A DNA stretch of 64,000 bases from Mobula hypostoma (lineage: Eukaryota), in NCBI RefSeq assembly GCF_963921235.1, contig NC_086108.1, positions 72,914,001-72,978,000 of the forward strand, written 5' to 3'. The translations under genes and the position numbers were made by a program. How positions within the stretch are numbered: position 1 is the stretch's first letter; each line of letters begins with the position of its first letter. A model generated the notes under the pieces. That model searched no databases, was not told where the DNA came from, and saw only the letters and a program-made list of their open reading frames with translations. This document shows, piece after piece, positions 13,991 through 26,935 of this stretch.

Positions 13991-15224
13991 TGTATAAAAC
14001 AAAAATAAGTGAGCATAAGGTATGGGTTATTGTAACTTCCGGCTTTATCTAGGTATTTGTGGTTGGTAGCCACAAAAAATAGGTAAAACGTGCCCAGAGA
14101 TAGGATTTCTGGGGAAAGGGAGGGACTAACTCTACTGTGCAGAGCCCAGAAATGAACTCCAAGTCTAATAGGAAATTACAAAAATAAACTGGAATAGCGC
14201 AGCTGACTGAGCCATTTCTCTACCCTTCTCTTCCCAGCAGCTTCATCTGGTGGGACATCTTCAATAGTACTCCTAACCTTACAAGATCAAAAGTCATCCA
14301 ATCTCAGGGATATAATTGGAGCCCACCTCAGATATTTGGAGAAAGACTCTGCAAATTTTTGGTTCCTTGTGCTATATACAGTCCTAAAGTAACAATCAAT
14401 TGTGTGGAATTATATTTTCCAAAAATATTCGTTGTGTAGAATTACAGTCTAATCTCTCCCATTTTTCAGTACAATAAAAGCTCCCTAACTGGGCTTGATG
14501 AGGCAGTACCCTTTGTCTACACTTCCACAGTCTGCAATTACAATTCATTTCCCACTTACTATTACAGTATAAGCTTCCTAAGTGAAAGGCCAAGAAGTTC
14601 CTAATTAAGTTATTTTCTTTAATGTTGAGTAAAAAGTATGGTATTTTGCCTTCAAATTAAACTTGAGTCAGCAGGAAACCTCCAAAGTCTGGTCAATTAT
14701 AGCTTTTAGTTTAGCAGGTGCCATTGTATGATTAGACAAAAAAAAATGCTGTAACTAAACAAATAGACTTCAGCTCGGAGATTTTCCAATTGATTAGTTT
14801 ATTGAAATGCATGGCTTCATGGCCAACCAGTTATGTGTTTATCACAATTATCTTGGTAAGGCATGAAAATGCCCAATGCAGGCCTCTCATGGTCTGAGTC
14901 AACGTTCCAAATCCTGGTGGGAGATATTCACCATGCATTTTAAAACCTCAATCAACTTCGGTACTGAGTTCAAGTAAAGTTGACCCAGATCAGAATTTTG
15001 CCAAAAGCGTCAGTCATTGTGTGACTAAAGCACGCTGGACAATGCAAAAGGTTTCATAACTAGCACAACAATTTCATTTACAAGTGCAGAATTGTTTGTA
15101 ATTCAATGATGTAAAGCCAATTTTCCATATTTCTGATAAGTGTGATCATGGAAATATTGTGATGTTATTTTCTGCTTCTACAAAAATGAAATAATACTCA
15201 GCCTTTCAGGTAGTACAGATGATA

Positions 15225-15470
15225 ATAAGACCATAAGATATATGAGCAGAAATAGGCCATTTGGCCCATCGAGTCTGCTCCACCATTTCATCATGGCTAA
15301 CACAATTTTCCTCTTATCCCCAATCTCCTGCCTTCTCTCCGTATCCCTTCATGCCCTGACCAGTGAAGAATCTATCAACCTCTGCCTTGAATATACATAA
15401 AGAGTTGGCCTCCACAGCTGCCTGTGGCAAAGAATTCTACAGATTCGTCACTCTCTGCCTAAAGAAACAA
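15225..15470 (-). mobile_element. CR1-type LINE 3' end
   Basis: ataagaccataagatatatgagcagaaataggccatttggcccatcgagtctgc terminus, followed by the reverse complement of the CR1 ORF2 end seen at 24.3 kb. Confidence 0.75.
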
Positions 15471-16422
15471 CGTTACCCTTTTGGCTTTAAGCAGCACAAA
15501 TGATTGAAAAAGGAGCACTGTGTTTTAGGTCTCATGTGAATAAGGAATGGGATGATACTACATTAAAAATATGAAGTGCCAAGGAAGGGGCTGAAGCATC
15601 TGGGACATGCTGTTGCTTAGCCTAGCATATTTTGACCTAAGAAAGGTGATGCAAATTTCACAGTAATAGAAATAAATGAGTGGCGTAATGTATTCTTCCT
15701 GACTGTGAACTCCGTGTAAAGTAAATCAGAGGCTGGATATAGAATGATCAGTTGGTTTTGCTGGCAAGAAGGATTAAGCTTAAAGGAACCCCCAAATCTG
15801 ATGCACCATAGCATTTCAAGGGCAGTTTTTAAGATGTTTTCTTTAACCATTAAGTTTCTTAATCCTCTGTGCAATGCCCATGTGACTATTCTTATAGTGG
15901 ATTGGACGGTGAACGTTGTCTATACATCAAGTGATGTGGCGGTACTCCATTCGCTCTCACACCAATCGTACGGAGCACTTGACGTGACCGTCATTCTGAT
16001 TGATGCATTGCTTAGGGCCATAGTCACTCGCGTTACAATATTTATGCAACCTGAGTTTGAGTGGTGGGAAGTATTCACAACATTGTCACTGGCTTTGCTA
16101 TAATAATTACTTAAGTATAATGTTCCTAATGTACTAGCAGCATCTAATCTTCAAACATTAATTTTCTATAAGTCTTTGATATTAGGTAATGCAGTGTCAA
16201 GCTGGATTAAAGAAATAAACACCATTGAATACAGGGATACACTATTAATCCAACATGCTCAGAAATTTTGGTGGTTCCAGATTATTTGATTTTTCTAGAC
16301 AATTGGATATTACTCCTATTAATACCTCACACACTGTTAATTCAACTTAATACCTAACAGTAATGTAATAATTCCAGTGAATCTGGTGAGTTTCAAGTGA
16401 TCATGGGACACAGAACTTTGGT

Positions 16423-17169
16423 GAACATAAAACAATACAGCACAGTGCAGGCCCTTTGGCTCACAAAGTTATGCTGCCCTTTTAACCTGCTCTAAGATTA
16501 ATCTTACCATTCTCTCCTACAAACCCTCCATTTTCCTATTACTCATGTACCAATCTAAGAGTTTTTTAAATGCCCCTGATATATCTGCCTCAACTAGCAT
16601 CCTTGGCGGAGCATTGTGAACACCCACCGTTCTCTGTGTAAGGAACTTGCCCCTGACATCCCTCTATACTTTCCTCCAATCACCTTAAAATCATGCTCCC
16701 TTGTATTAGATATTTCCACCCTGGGAAGAAGTCTCTGGCTATCCATTTCATCAATGCCTTTTATCATTTCAAGTCACCTCTCATACTCCTTTGCTCCAAA
16801 GAGAAAGGCTCCAGTTTGCTCAACCTGTCTTCATAAGACATGCTCTCTAATCCAGGCAGCATCCTGCACACACTCTCTAAAGTTTCCACATGGTTTATAT
16901 AATGAGCCACCCAGAACTGAGCACAATATTCTAAGTGTGGCCTAACCTTGCGGCTCTTGAGCTCAGTCCCCTGACTAACGAAGGCCAACACACCATACGC
17001 CTTCTTAACCTATAGACTTGCATGGAAACTTTGAGGGATCTATGGACGTGGACCCCAGCATCCCTTTGTTCCAAAATACTACGAAGAAACCGCTATTAAC
17101 CATGTACTCTGTCTTCAAATTCAACCTTCCAAAATAAATCACTTTTCTGGGTTGATCTCCATCTGCCAG
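16423..17169 (-). mobile_element. CR1-type LINE 3' fragment
   Basis: ORF 16764-16991 contains VRPHLEYCAQFW, a CR1 ORF2 C-terminal motif. Confidence 0.88.
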
Positions 17170-17726
17170 GAACTCCCAGAAAGTGGGAACTTGGACCTCA
17201 GTGAATAAAGTGAGTTTCAAGTGGTCGTGGGAAGCAGAAAGCCCTGGTGAGCTTCTGCAAGGTGAGAACTGGGGCCCCAGTGATTTCACAGGAGTATGGT
17301 CCCCTTGATGTTTAAAGGAAATGCTAGGAAGCAGGTTCCTAGTGATCCAGACGCCGAACAGTTATGATTTCAAAGAATGGGATAGCTGACTATCAGATCA
17401 TTACTGTAATATCCAATGCACTTTTATTTTCCTTAAGCTGTTAAACAGTAGTAATAAATTTTCCAGTGAACCCAATGAGTTTCAAGAAAGAACAGAGAAT
17501 GGACACTAGTGAACTTCAACTGTGCAGAAAACACCACCCAGTGAGATAGATACACAACCATTGTGGTTTCTAAATTCTTGAGTTTTCAAGAATTTGAATT
17601 TCCAATGTTTTTCCCATAATTATTTAATCAACCTAGTACAAAATTTATTTTACAATATGTACAGAACTGCTTCTCCATTTCAGTTTAAGGACAAACCAAA
17701 TCACACAGCAGAAAGTGCAGAAAGGC

Positions 17727-18010
17727 CAGCATGGTTGTGTAGTGGTCAGCATAGTGCTTTACAGCATCAGTGACTGGAAGATAATGGGTCAATTCCCACT
17801 GCTGCTCATAAAGAGTTTAGTACATTTTCCCTGTGACTCTGGGTGTTCCAGTTTCCTCCACATTTCCTAAGACATACTGGTTAGGGGTTAGTAAGCTGTG
17901 GGCATGTTTGTTGGTGCTGGAAGCATGGTAACACTTGTGGTTTGCTCCCAGGACAGTCCTGGACTTACTCATTGATGCAAATGACACATTTTACTCTATG
18001 TTTCAAAGTT
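17727..18010 (+). mobile_element. tRNA-derived SINE (decayed)
   Basis: A-box-like gtgtagtggtcagc and B-box-like gggtcaattccc; body similar to the other SINEs in the window. Confidence 0.65.
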
Positions 18011-19599
18011 CAAAGTACATTTGTTATTAAAGTATGTGTGTCATATACCACCCTTAAGATTTAGAAGACGAATTAACCTGATCTTTAAAACGAAGAAGCC
18101 TTATGTGTCGTTTATGTTATATCAGGGACTTTAGCAAGGGAGATCCAAATGCAATTACTCATTAAGGTGTACTTCCCACACATCCAGATGCTTCAGTATA
18201 GTGAGGTTCAATTGTTATGTTGTGCTTCATTGAAAAGTAAGCCTACCTTTCTGTTGTGGTTACAATCAGCCAGCACTGATGAACTATAGACATAGAGACT
18301 GTGGATGCTTGAATCTGCTGCAAAGGAATAAACTACTAGAGGATACAGCCTGAACCCAAATGTCGGCCATCCCTCTGCCTCCACAGATGTTGACTGATGA
18401 ATCAGTTCTTTCTTGAATAAAATTGAAGTAAATACTGAATTTTCTTCATTTTCAAATGCATTGGACCTAAGAAACCCTAATCAGAACATTGTTGAAACCA
18501 AGCAAAGTATGAACACATACCAATTATCTCAGAATGACCAGGCTATTGATTCAGAAATGGCATCATCTTTTTTTTTCTCTACTACATAGATATAGAAACA
18601 TAGAAAACATACAGCACAATACAGGCCCTTCAGCCCACAAAGCTGTGCCAAGCATGGCCCTACCTTAGAACTACCTAGGCTTTACCCATAGTCTTCTATT
18701 TTTCTAAGCTCCATGTACCATCTTAATAACTATTCAGGAATACGTAATTATAATCCTAAATTCTGACAATATTCCTTGGAATAAAGTATTTCCAGTAGTT
18801 TATATATGATCATTCCACATTTTGAGTCTGCAGTCTATATATAAACCACTTTACTGAGTGGTCAGCTAATCTCTTCTCGTTTCCTTCTGGATATATTGGG
18901 ATTTTACTTGCCTGTGGTGGAATCTCTGGTCTTTGTGTGCATTATGGCTGAAGAATTCCATTCATGACATAACATGAGATGAGAGTGCAGTCAGCCTTTG
19001 CAAAGCTGATAAACCGGCAATTCAAAACCTATTCTTCCTTCATCACCTATGATGAATATTTCTCTTAAAGTTTGCTTTCTGATCTATGGTCTTTTCCAAT
19101 CTCCTTGCAGCTATGTTTAGAAAGACCAATGATTTCTGATTAGAAATCAACTTTGTGATTCTTAACTAGGAGAGGGGTAACTTCTACTTGCTTTCCAGGC
19201 ATGGGCACTTTGTCATTTTAACTTGCAAATAGGCTGCTCACTACTTCAATAGATATGATAACGGCAGATCCTTTATTGCTCAACATTGGTTATTCTTGAT
19301 TGGCCTCCTGCTCACTGTTCCAAAGGGAACTCAGCTCCCCATAGTCTTCATGGCCCAGCACAGCACAGCACAGAGGCTGTCTCAGCACTGGCTGCACTCA
19401 CAGAGATGCTTTGTCAGCTGCTGAGCAGCCTATTATCACCCCATGATTCAGAGGCTGTCAAAGCTCTATGTGTCATCAAATGCCTTTGCCACTTACAAAA
19501 ATTCAATAACATTGGTGACACAAACAAAATAAAAGCCTGTTTTTTTTTATGTTCAAAATGATAAAGCGCATCTCCATACACTAAACTTCAAATAAATTA

Positions 19600-20085
19600 A
19601 TTTTTAAAATCCCCTCTTACCCCTTCTCACCAGCCCATCACCACTTCTCTGGGGCCTGTCTTCCTTCCATACATCCCTTGGTCTACTCTCTTCTCCTATC
19701 AGATTCCTTCCTTTAAACCCTTTATCTCTTCCACCCATCATTTCCCAGCTTCTTACTTCAGCCCCGTCCCGCATCCACCCACCTTTCCCCTTGCACGGTT
19801 TCACCTACCATTTGCCAGCTTGAACTCCTTTCCCTGCCCCCCATCTCCTTACTCTAGTTTCTTCTCCCTTCCTTTCTAGTCTTAATGAAGGATCTCAGCC
19901 TAAAATGTCGACTGCTTATTCCCCTCCAGAGATACTGCCTAACCCCTGAGTCTCAGCCCAAAATGTTGACTGTTTATTTGTTTCCATAGATGCTGCCTGA
20001 TTTGCTGAGATCCTCTAGCATTTTGTCTGTGCTGTTTTGTGTGAATTGCTCTGGATTTCCAGCATCTATAGAATATGTTGTGTTT
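19600..20085 (+). mobile_element. Penelope-like element pseudo-LTR fragment
   Basis: Pyrimidine-rich body, a degenerate hammerhead motif near 19876-19914 and the gatgctgcctga...ccagcatct terminus shared with 26.2-26.9 kb. Confidence 0.75.
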
Positions 20086-20598
20086 TCAAATAAATAAATT
20101 TTACTTGAATGAAATAGTACAAGAATAATTAGTTCTTCAAGGAGCTGACTGCTCCTATTTATTTGCAGGTCTAACCTGTGCAGGCTCAATTAATATATTT
20201 CCTTTGCCAGTAGCTAGATTGTACATGCCCACTGGAGGAGAGGTAATACCAATCAGTGAGGATGGGGCAGAAGTTGCCAATGCCAATCTAAGTCAAAACT
20301 AATGCTCATGGAAACCCAGATACATTAGAAAATCATTATGATGGAAGATCTGTCCCAATGATTTGGTCCAAAGCCAAAGCCAAAACTGGACATAGGTCTG
20401 ACATTCAGTATACAGGTCTTCTCCAGGTTACAACAGAGTTCCATTCTGGGTTCAAACAGTGCACAAGAAAATCTGGTCACAGAGTCATTTATCACATGGC
20501 AGAAGCCATCTACAGCCCTGCAGTAGCTGGCAAATCCTGCCTGCCAAAAGCTTCTGTATCTCCAAAGTGCTCTTGTGAATATATGGGCTGTATATAAG

Positions 20599-21325
20599 AA
20601 TAGTAGACAAGATAAATGCTGAAGGTGAACAATTTGGAATGAAAATAAGTGCTGCAAAGATGAAGATGATGGTAGTATCACGGAAGAAAGAAGTCCCCAA
20701 AATCAGTATCAAAATTAACGGCGTAGGCATAGAGCAAGTCAAGAAGTTTGTGTACTTGGAACGGATGGTCACAGAAGATGGGAAATGTGATGCAGAAATT
20801 AGACGAAGCATCGAGATTGCAAGATCAGTGTTCTGGAGCCTGGGTGACATGCTGTGTGGCAAGAGGTTGGACTTTGGGCTGCATTGTAGAATTTGGAAAT
20901 GCTACATCTGGAGCAGTCTGTTGTATGGAGTCGAATCGTGGACCTTATGCAAGGAAGCGGAACGACGACTGGAGGCATTTGAAATGTGGTGTTTAAGGAG
21001 AATGCAGAAAATTAGGTGGGTGATGAAGGCTATGGAAGTGTTGAAGAGAGCGAGGAGAGAAAAGGAGTTGCTGAAGAATGTGCAGAAGAGGAAGCTGGAA
21101 TATGCCGGGCACTTGTTAAGAGGTGGTGGACTGCAGAAATTGTTATTGGAAGGGATGATAGACGGAAAGAGGAAAAGAGGAAGGCAACAAACCTCTTGGT
21201 ACAATAATGTGAGGTAACGGACTGGGTTGAGTTATGCTGAGGCCAGAAAAAGAGCGCAAGATCGAAGAAGATGGAAGTGCATAGCTGCCAACCCCGGGTT
21301 CAGGACAGCACCCAATGACTGACTG
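20599..21325 (+). mobile_element. RTE-clade LINE, 5'-truncated
   Basis: ORF 20639-21217 (IEQVKKFVYL...LLYGVESWTL...LEAFEMWCLRRM...GKRKRGR) is typical of RTE. It has a (TGAC)n tail and a 7-bp TSD atataag (20592-20598, 21326-21332). Confidence 0.92.
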
Positions 21326-22779
21326 ATATAAGTTGGATGTTCCTAAGCTGGAGAAGACCTATATTTAGTGTAGATATAACATGAAAAATATCTTGCTAAC
21401 TTCGGTCCATTCCTAAATCACAATCCTCACTCATTCCTGAGGCTTGTATTATTTTCGTCAATGCTACATCTTGTGATGAGCATTCAGAATTATTTGTGCA
21501 AAACAATGAATTTGTATTCCATCCACGGACAAAGGTTTTCTTGATGGATGTTAAGACATTACAGTAGTAATTAAGTTTTTGTTGACCTAGTTTTCAGGTC
21601 TAATATTTGTTTTGTGTCAGAGATTTGAATTATAACCCTCCTGTGAAATATCATAGACTATTGTCTGTTGTTAAATGATATACTTTATTAATACAAATAG
21701 CTGTCATTTATAAACTGGGAGTGAAGTTTTTTATTTCTCTGTGCCACATCTGCAAAGGTATTGACCACATATGACAAAGGTTGGAACAGGTGTGAACAGA
21801 AAATTATAAACAAATAGATATATTTATCAGAGAGTGGAACAATATCTCTCCATGCAAATTAAAAATATCCAGTGGAAACATCATCAAAGCTTGGATATTG
21901 CAGATGTGTTCTCTGCATTTTGCTGAGAAGTGGAAAATGTTATAACCTTAACAAAGATAACTCAGTTGAAACATTTATTGTCAAATTTAATTATTTTTTA
22001 GTAAAGGATTATTTATGCATGGAAACAGTTAATTGTATTTTACATTCAAGAAGAGAGGGTCAGACTCAACAGGAAACTTGGCAGAACTGACATTCCACAA
22101 GGAAAGATAGGCTTTGGGCCTGGAATGTATGTGAGCACCACTGTTGATTAATGTGATATAAGGATTTATACCTGCATACCAGTGGCTCTAACAATGTACT
22201 TCATTATCATTAACAGAGTTTAGTTATTACATCAGATTTACAAAGCTGGCACTAAGTAGTTGTTCCGTGAACCCTTCATGAATGTAGGCATATTGGAAAG
22301 GACATTGAAGCATTAGTTTGGTATTGGTTAGTCCCGAAAGTATATTATCTTTTTTTCCCAGTATACTGTTATTTCTTCACTCTACTCCAGGCCTTATTTT
22401 GTTGAAAGTTATATAATTTCAGAAATACTGCTGTCAGTTTTCTTCTATGATTCTGAAAGGTGCCAGCAATATTATATAATTTCGAGAGCCTCCAATGCCT
22501 AATTGTTAATTTTTCATGCATTATCACAGGCAGTTCCTTCTGTGAGGCTGTTTGACCATGAAAAAATATCAATATTGGGTCTACCAAAACATAAATCATT
22601 GTTTCACATTCATATTAAATATACATTCTGACATGGTCACTGGATAATGATCAGAAACAAGGAAGGAACAGAGAACTCTGATTTTTTTCTCTCTCGTATT
22701 TTAAGTCAAGTCAAAGACCTGTGAAATAATGTATAGGATAGATGTAGAAGAAGCCACGTGCTAAAAGTTTTATATTCTT

Positions 22780-24450
22780 TGGAAATGGGTAAATAACCAG
22801 CACCAGTTAAGATACTTATCAGGATGTTGAAAGAAGTAAGGAGGAATCTGCAGAGGTTTATTTTATATTTTTCAATTATCATTGGTGACAGAAATGGTGT
22901 TAGAGGATTGGAGTAGTCCTGAGGTTGTAGGAAGGAATGGACAAACAGAATAATTATAGATCAAAAAATGAACTGGAAGAATTCAGCGGGTCAAGCAGTA
23001 TCTGCAGGGAGAGAGGATTGTTGATATTTCAGGCCAAGACTCTGCATCAGGACTTTCCATAAGATTTCAGCATCTGCAGACTCTCATATCCCTGATCACA
23101 AACCTGTTAGTGTAACTTTGCTGATAAGCAAATTATTGGAAGGTTAATCCGGGAAACCCAGAATGAATTTGTTAAGGGGAATTTTGTCTGGATTAACTTA
23201 ATTGGTTTCTATTAGGTAACAAGGAACACCAAGGGAAGCAATGCATTTGGTGATGTCGATAGTCATAGTCATAGTCATACTTTATTGATCCCGGGGGAAA
23301 TTGGTTTTTGTTACAGTTGCACCATAAATAATTAAATAGTAATAAACCATGAATAATTAAATAGTAATATGTAAATTATGCCAGGAAATAAGTCCAGGAC
23401 CAGCCTATTGGCTCAGGGTGTCTGACCCTCCAAGGGAGGAGTTGTAAAGTTTGATGGCCACAGGCAGGAATGACTTCCTATGACGCTCTGTGTTGCATCT
23501 CGGTGGAATGAGTCCACATCCACTATGTGGATGTTAGCAAGGTTTATGATATGGTTCTGCATATCAGGCTCATCAAAATGGGAGAAATTCATGGAATCCA
23601 AGGCAGAGTGCAAATTATGTCCCAGTTTGGTTCAATGGCCAAGCAAAGGGTCATGGTTGATGGGTGTTTTTGTGACTGGAAAGCTGTTGCCAATAAATTT
23701 CCACAGGGCTTAATATGCATTTCTTTAATTTTTTGCAGTGTTGTATATAATATATATGAACAGTTTGAAATTAAATCTGGGGGTACAGTGAAGATGTTTG
23801 CATATGATGCAAAATTGGTTAGGTGATGGACAATGAAGAAGAAAGCTTTACATGGCAAGAAAATATAAATGATCCAGCTGACAGAGGGAAAAATGGCAAA
23901 TGGCAAATTAGCATTCACTTCCAGAAGATTAGAATATAAAAGTACGGATGTAATGCTAAGGCTTTATAAAGCAGTGGTCGGACTCATTTGGAGTATTGTG
24001 TGCAGTCTTGGGCCCCATATTCCAAAAAAAGGATGTGTTGGCATTGGAGAGAGTCCAGAAATGTTTATGAGAATGATCCCAGGAATGGAATAGTTAACAT
24101 ATGAAGAGTGTTTAATCATTCTTTGCCTGTACTTGTTGGAGTTTAGAAGAACGAAGGAGAATCTCATTAAGACCTACCAAATATTGAAAGCCTTTGATAT
24201 GGTGCATGAGGAGAGGATATTTCCAACAATGGGAGAATGTAGGACTAGGTGACACAACCTCAGAATAGGACATTCCTTTAGAACAGAGATAAGGAGGAAT
24301 TTCTTTAGCCAGAGGGTGGTGAATCTATGGAATTCAATGCCACAGACAGCTTTGGATGCCAAGTCAGAGGCTGATACGTTCTTGATTAGTAAAGGTGTCA
24401 GTTTATAGGGAGAAGGCAGGAGAATGGGGTTGAGAAGGAAAAATAGAGGA
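22780..24450 (+). mobile_element. Decayed CR1 LINE ORF2 with nested inserts
   Basis: RT remnants include MDVSKVYDMV, MFAYDAKL and RRLEYKSTDVMLRLYKAVV. It is interrupted by a Penelope fragment (about 22960-23090) and a LINE tail (23259-23514). Confidence 0.8.
23259..23514 (-). mobile_element. LINE 3' end (Rex1/L2-like) with (GACTAT)n tail
   Basis: atagtcatagtcatagtcatac tandem tail next to a reverse aataaa. The minus strand reads ...RHRKSFLPVAIKLYN. Confidence 0.7.
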
Positions 24451-24869
24451 CAGTGAGGGAAGACAATTGAAGTACATACAACCATGATGACCCTTGACAG
24501 AGTAAGTGGAAGGGTGCCAAAAATCGGAAGGAATAACTTTAAAATAATTGATTGAAAGTTAAAAGAGGACATGAAGGAACACCCAGAATGAAGTACAAGT
24601 TTGGAATACAATAAATGAAAATCTGGGAAAGGGGGAACCTTCATCATATTTAAACAGTGCTTTAGTGTGTTTGAAGAGCTGGAAGAGCTATAATTTTTGT
24701 TCCAGAGTCAGGCATCTGCAGTTTCATGTGTGTCCAAAAGATTGTGGAGAAGCGAAATGCAGAGCAGGAGGACAGTCCCAGCTGGTCATGTTGGGCAACT
24801 CTTCCACTCACAGAGAGACAAAAAAAGGAGGAAAATAAAGACAAGCTGAGTTAACATTACAGATATATT

Positions 24870-25640
24870 GGTGTTCATTTATTATTGTCAGATGCACCGA
24901 GATACTACAAAAGGCTTGTCTTGCATACCGTTCGTATGATCATATCATTATGCAATGCATTGAGGTAAAACAAGGTAAAACAGTAACAGAATGCAGACAA
25001 CAGGAATTCTGCAGATGCTGGAAATTCAAGCAACACACATCAAAGTTGCTGGTGAACGCAGCAGGCCAGGCAGCACGAAGGGTCGAAGGGTCTCAGCCTG
25101 AAACGTCGACTGTACCTCTTCCTGGAGATGCTGCCTGGCCTGCTGCGTTCACCAGCAACTTTGATGTATGTTAACAGAATGCAGAGTAAAGTGTAGCAAT
25201 AGCAAGGAAAGTACTGTGTAGGTAAACAATAAGATGCAAGATCATAAAAAAGATAGGTTGCAAGGTCAGGAGTCCATCTAGTCCTACCGTGAGCAGAATG
25301 GAAGTTGTCTTTCAGCCTGATGGTAGGTGCTTTAAGGCTTTTGTATCTTCTGCCCCATAAGAAGCAGCAAGAAGTGAAGACAAAGATCGTGGAGGGGAGG
25401 CTTGTTTCCATGATCTACTAAGCAGTGTTTATTATTCTCCGCAGCTTCTCTCAACACATGCAGAGAAGTTGCCATACCAAGCCATTAGGCGTCAGATAGA
25501 ATACCTTCTATGGTGCGTCGATTAGGATGGATGGGCTATTCCAATTTCTGTAACCTCCTGAGGAAATTGAGGTATTGGTCAGCTTTCTTGCCTATGGCAT
25601 CTACATGGATGGGCCCAGACATCTCTGAGACCATACTGAT
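24870..25640 (-). mobile_element. Rex1-type LINE 3' fragment hosting a Penelope hairpin insert
   Basis: Minus-strand peptides KKADQYLNFLRRL and GRRYKSLKAPTIRLKDNF. Confidence 0.75.
24998..25171. mobile_element. Short Penelope-derived insert with a long inverted repeat
   Basis: Arms about 25036-25076 and 25129-25169 are near-perfect reverse complements. Flanked by a 14-bp direct repeat taacagaatgcaga (24984-24997, 25172-25185). Confidence 0.85.
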
Positions 25641-26194
25641 AACTGTGAATCTCTGGCAAGGTTGTCTAGATAAAGGAATCACATATGCTTCTTGAACTGT
25701 GTCTATTAATCCATGGAAATTCTTCATATCATCCACAGTAAGCTGCACATTGAGGGAGCATCCTTCCTGCAGAATAGAAGTTCTGGATTCCTTGAATAGC
25801 TGTCTATATGCACAAAAAGTCAGCAAAGTCAGCACATCATAGTGCTTGAGATATCACCTGTTCCTCAGTGAAATTAAAGTAGATGGAATATCTATTTGCA
25901 AATATAGTTTCTGTATGACCTCTCTGATATAGCAAATTGGAAAAATATGACAGGCATCCACAGCAGTTGTTTAGAAAAATCTTATGATAAGGAAGATGAG
26001 GATCAATGTGATCTTGATCTTCATGCAGAGGGTGGTAAAGGTACAAAAACATGGCTGCAGGATTTCTGCACATTGTCACATACCTTGGTATGCATGCCTT
26101 AGAAGATTTGAGAATGTGAGTGCATTGTTGATCAGAGAGTTCCAAATTGGAAGCAGTGTTCGTGAAGGTACTCAGAGAGAAGAGCTTTTGCTGC

Positions 26195-26935
26195 ACACTT
26201 TCCCTTGACCCCTACTCCAAATCCCTGACGCATAGTGCCTCTGGAATTCAATTCAGGGCCCCAAACAGTCCTTCCAGGTAAAGCAGCACTTCACCTGAGA
26301 ATCTGTTGGGGTTGTCTATTGTATCTGGTGCTGCCAATGAGGCCTCTTCTACAATGGTGAGACCCGACATAAATTGAGACAGCTTTGTCGAGCACCTCTG
26401 CTCCATCCGCCAAAAATGAATTTCCCAGTGGTCCAGCCATTTTAATTCCTATCCACATTCCCATTTCAACATGTCAGTCCATGGCCTCCTTCTGCTACAA
26501 TTAGACCACTCTTAGGCTGGAGAGGAACACCTCGTATTCCATCTGCATAACCTCCAACGTGATGGCATGGACAGTGATTTCAGTAAATTTTTTCCCTCCC
26601 TCTTCCTTCTTCTTCTATTCCCTGCTCTGGCCTCATACCTCTTTTTCCTCACCTGCCTATCACCACTTCCTGATACCCCTCCTTCTTCCTTTTCTCCCAT
26701 GGTCCGCTCTGCTCTCCTATCAGATTCCTTCTACTCTAGCCCTTTACCTTTCCCACACACCTGGTTTCACCTGTAACCTTCCAGCTAGACCTCCTCCCCC
26801 TCCACGCACCTTTTTATTCTGGCGTCTTCCCCCTTCTTTTCCAGTCCTGATGAAGGGTCTCAACCTGAAACATCGACTATTTGTTTATTTCCATAGGTGC
26901 TGCCTGACCTGCTGAGTTTCTCCAGCAGTTTGTGT
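26195..26935 (+). mobile_element. Penelope-like element 3' part: GIY-YIG endonuclease remnant plus pseudo-LTR
   Basis: From about 26257: GPKQSFQVKQHFT*ESVGVVYCIWCCQ*GLFYNGETRHKL, a decayed GIY-YIG motif. Hammerhead-like motif at 26843-26878. Confidence 0.85.
26843..26878 (+). ncRNA. Minimal type I hammerhead ribozyme-like motif (Penelope-associated, partly decayed)
   Basis: AGTC-CTGATGA-AGGGTCTCAACCT-GAAA-CA-TC-GACT: both core boxes present, helix I AGTC/GACT, short helix II. Confidence 0.6.
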
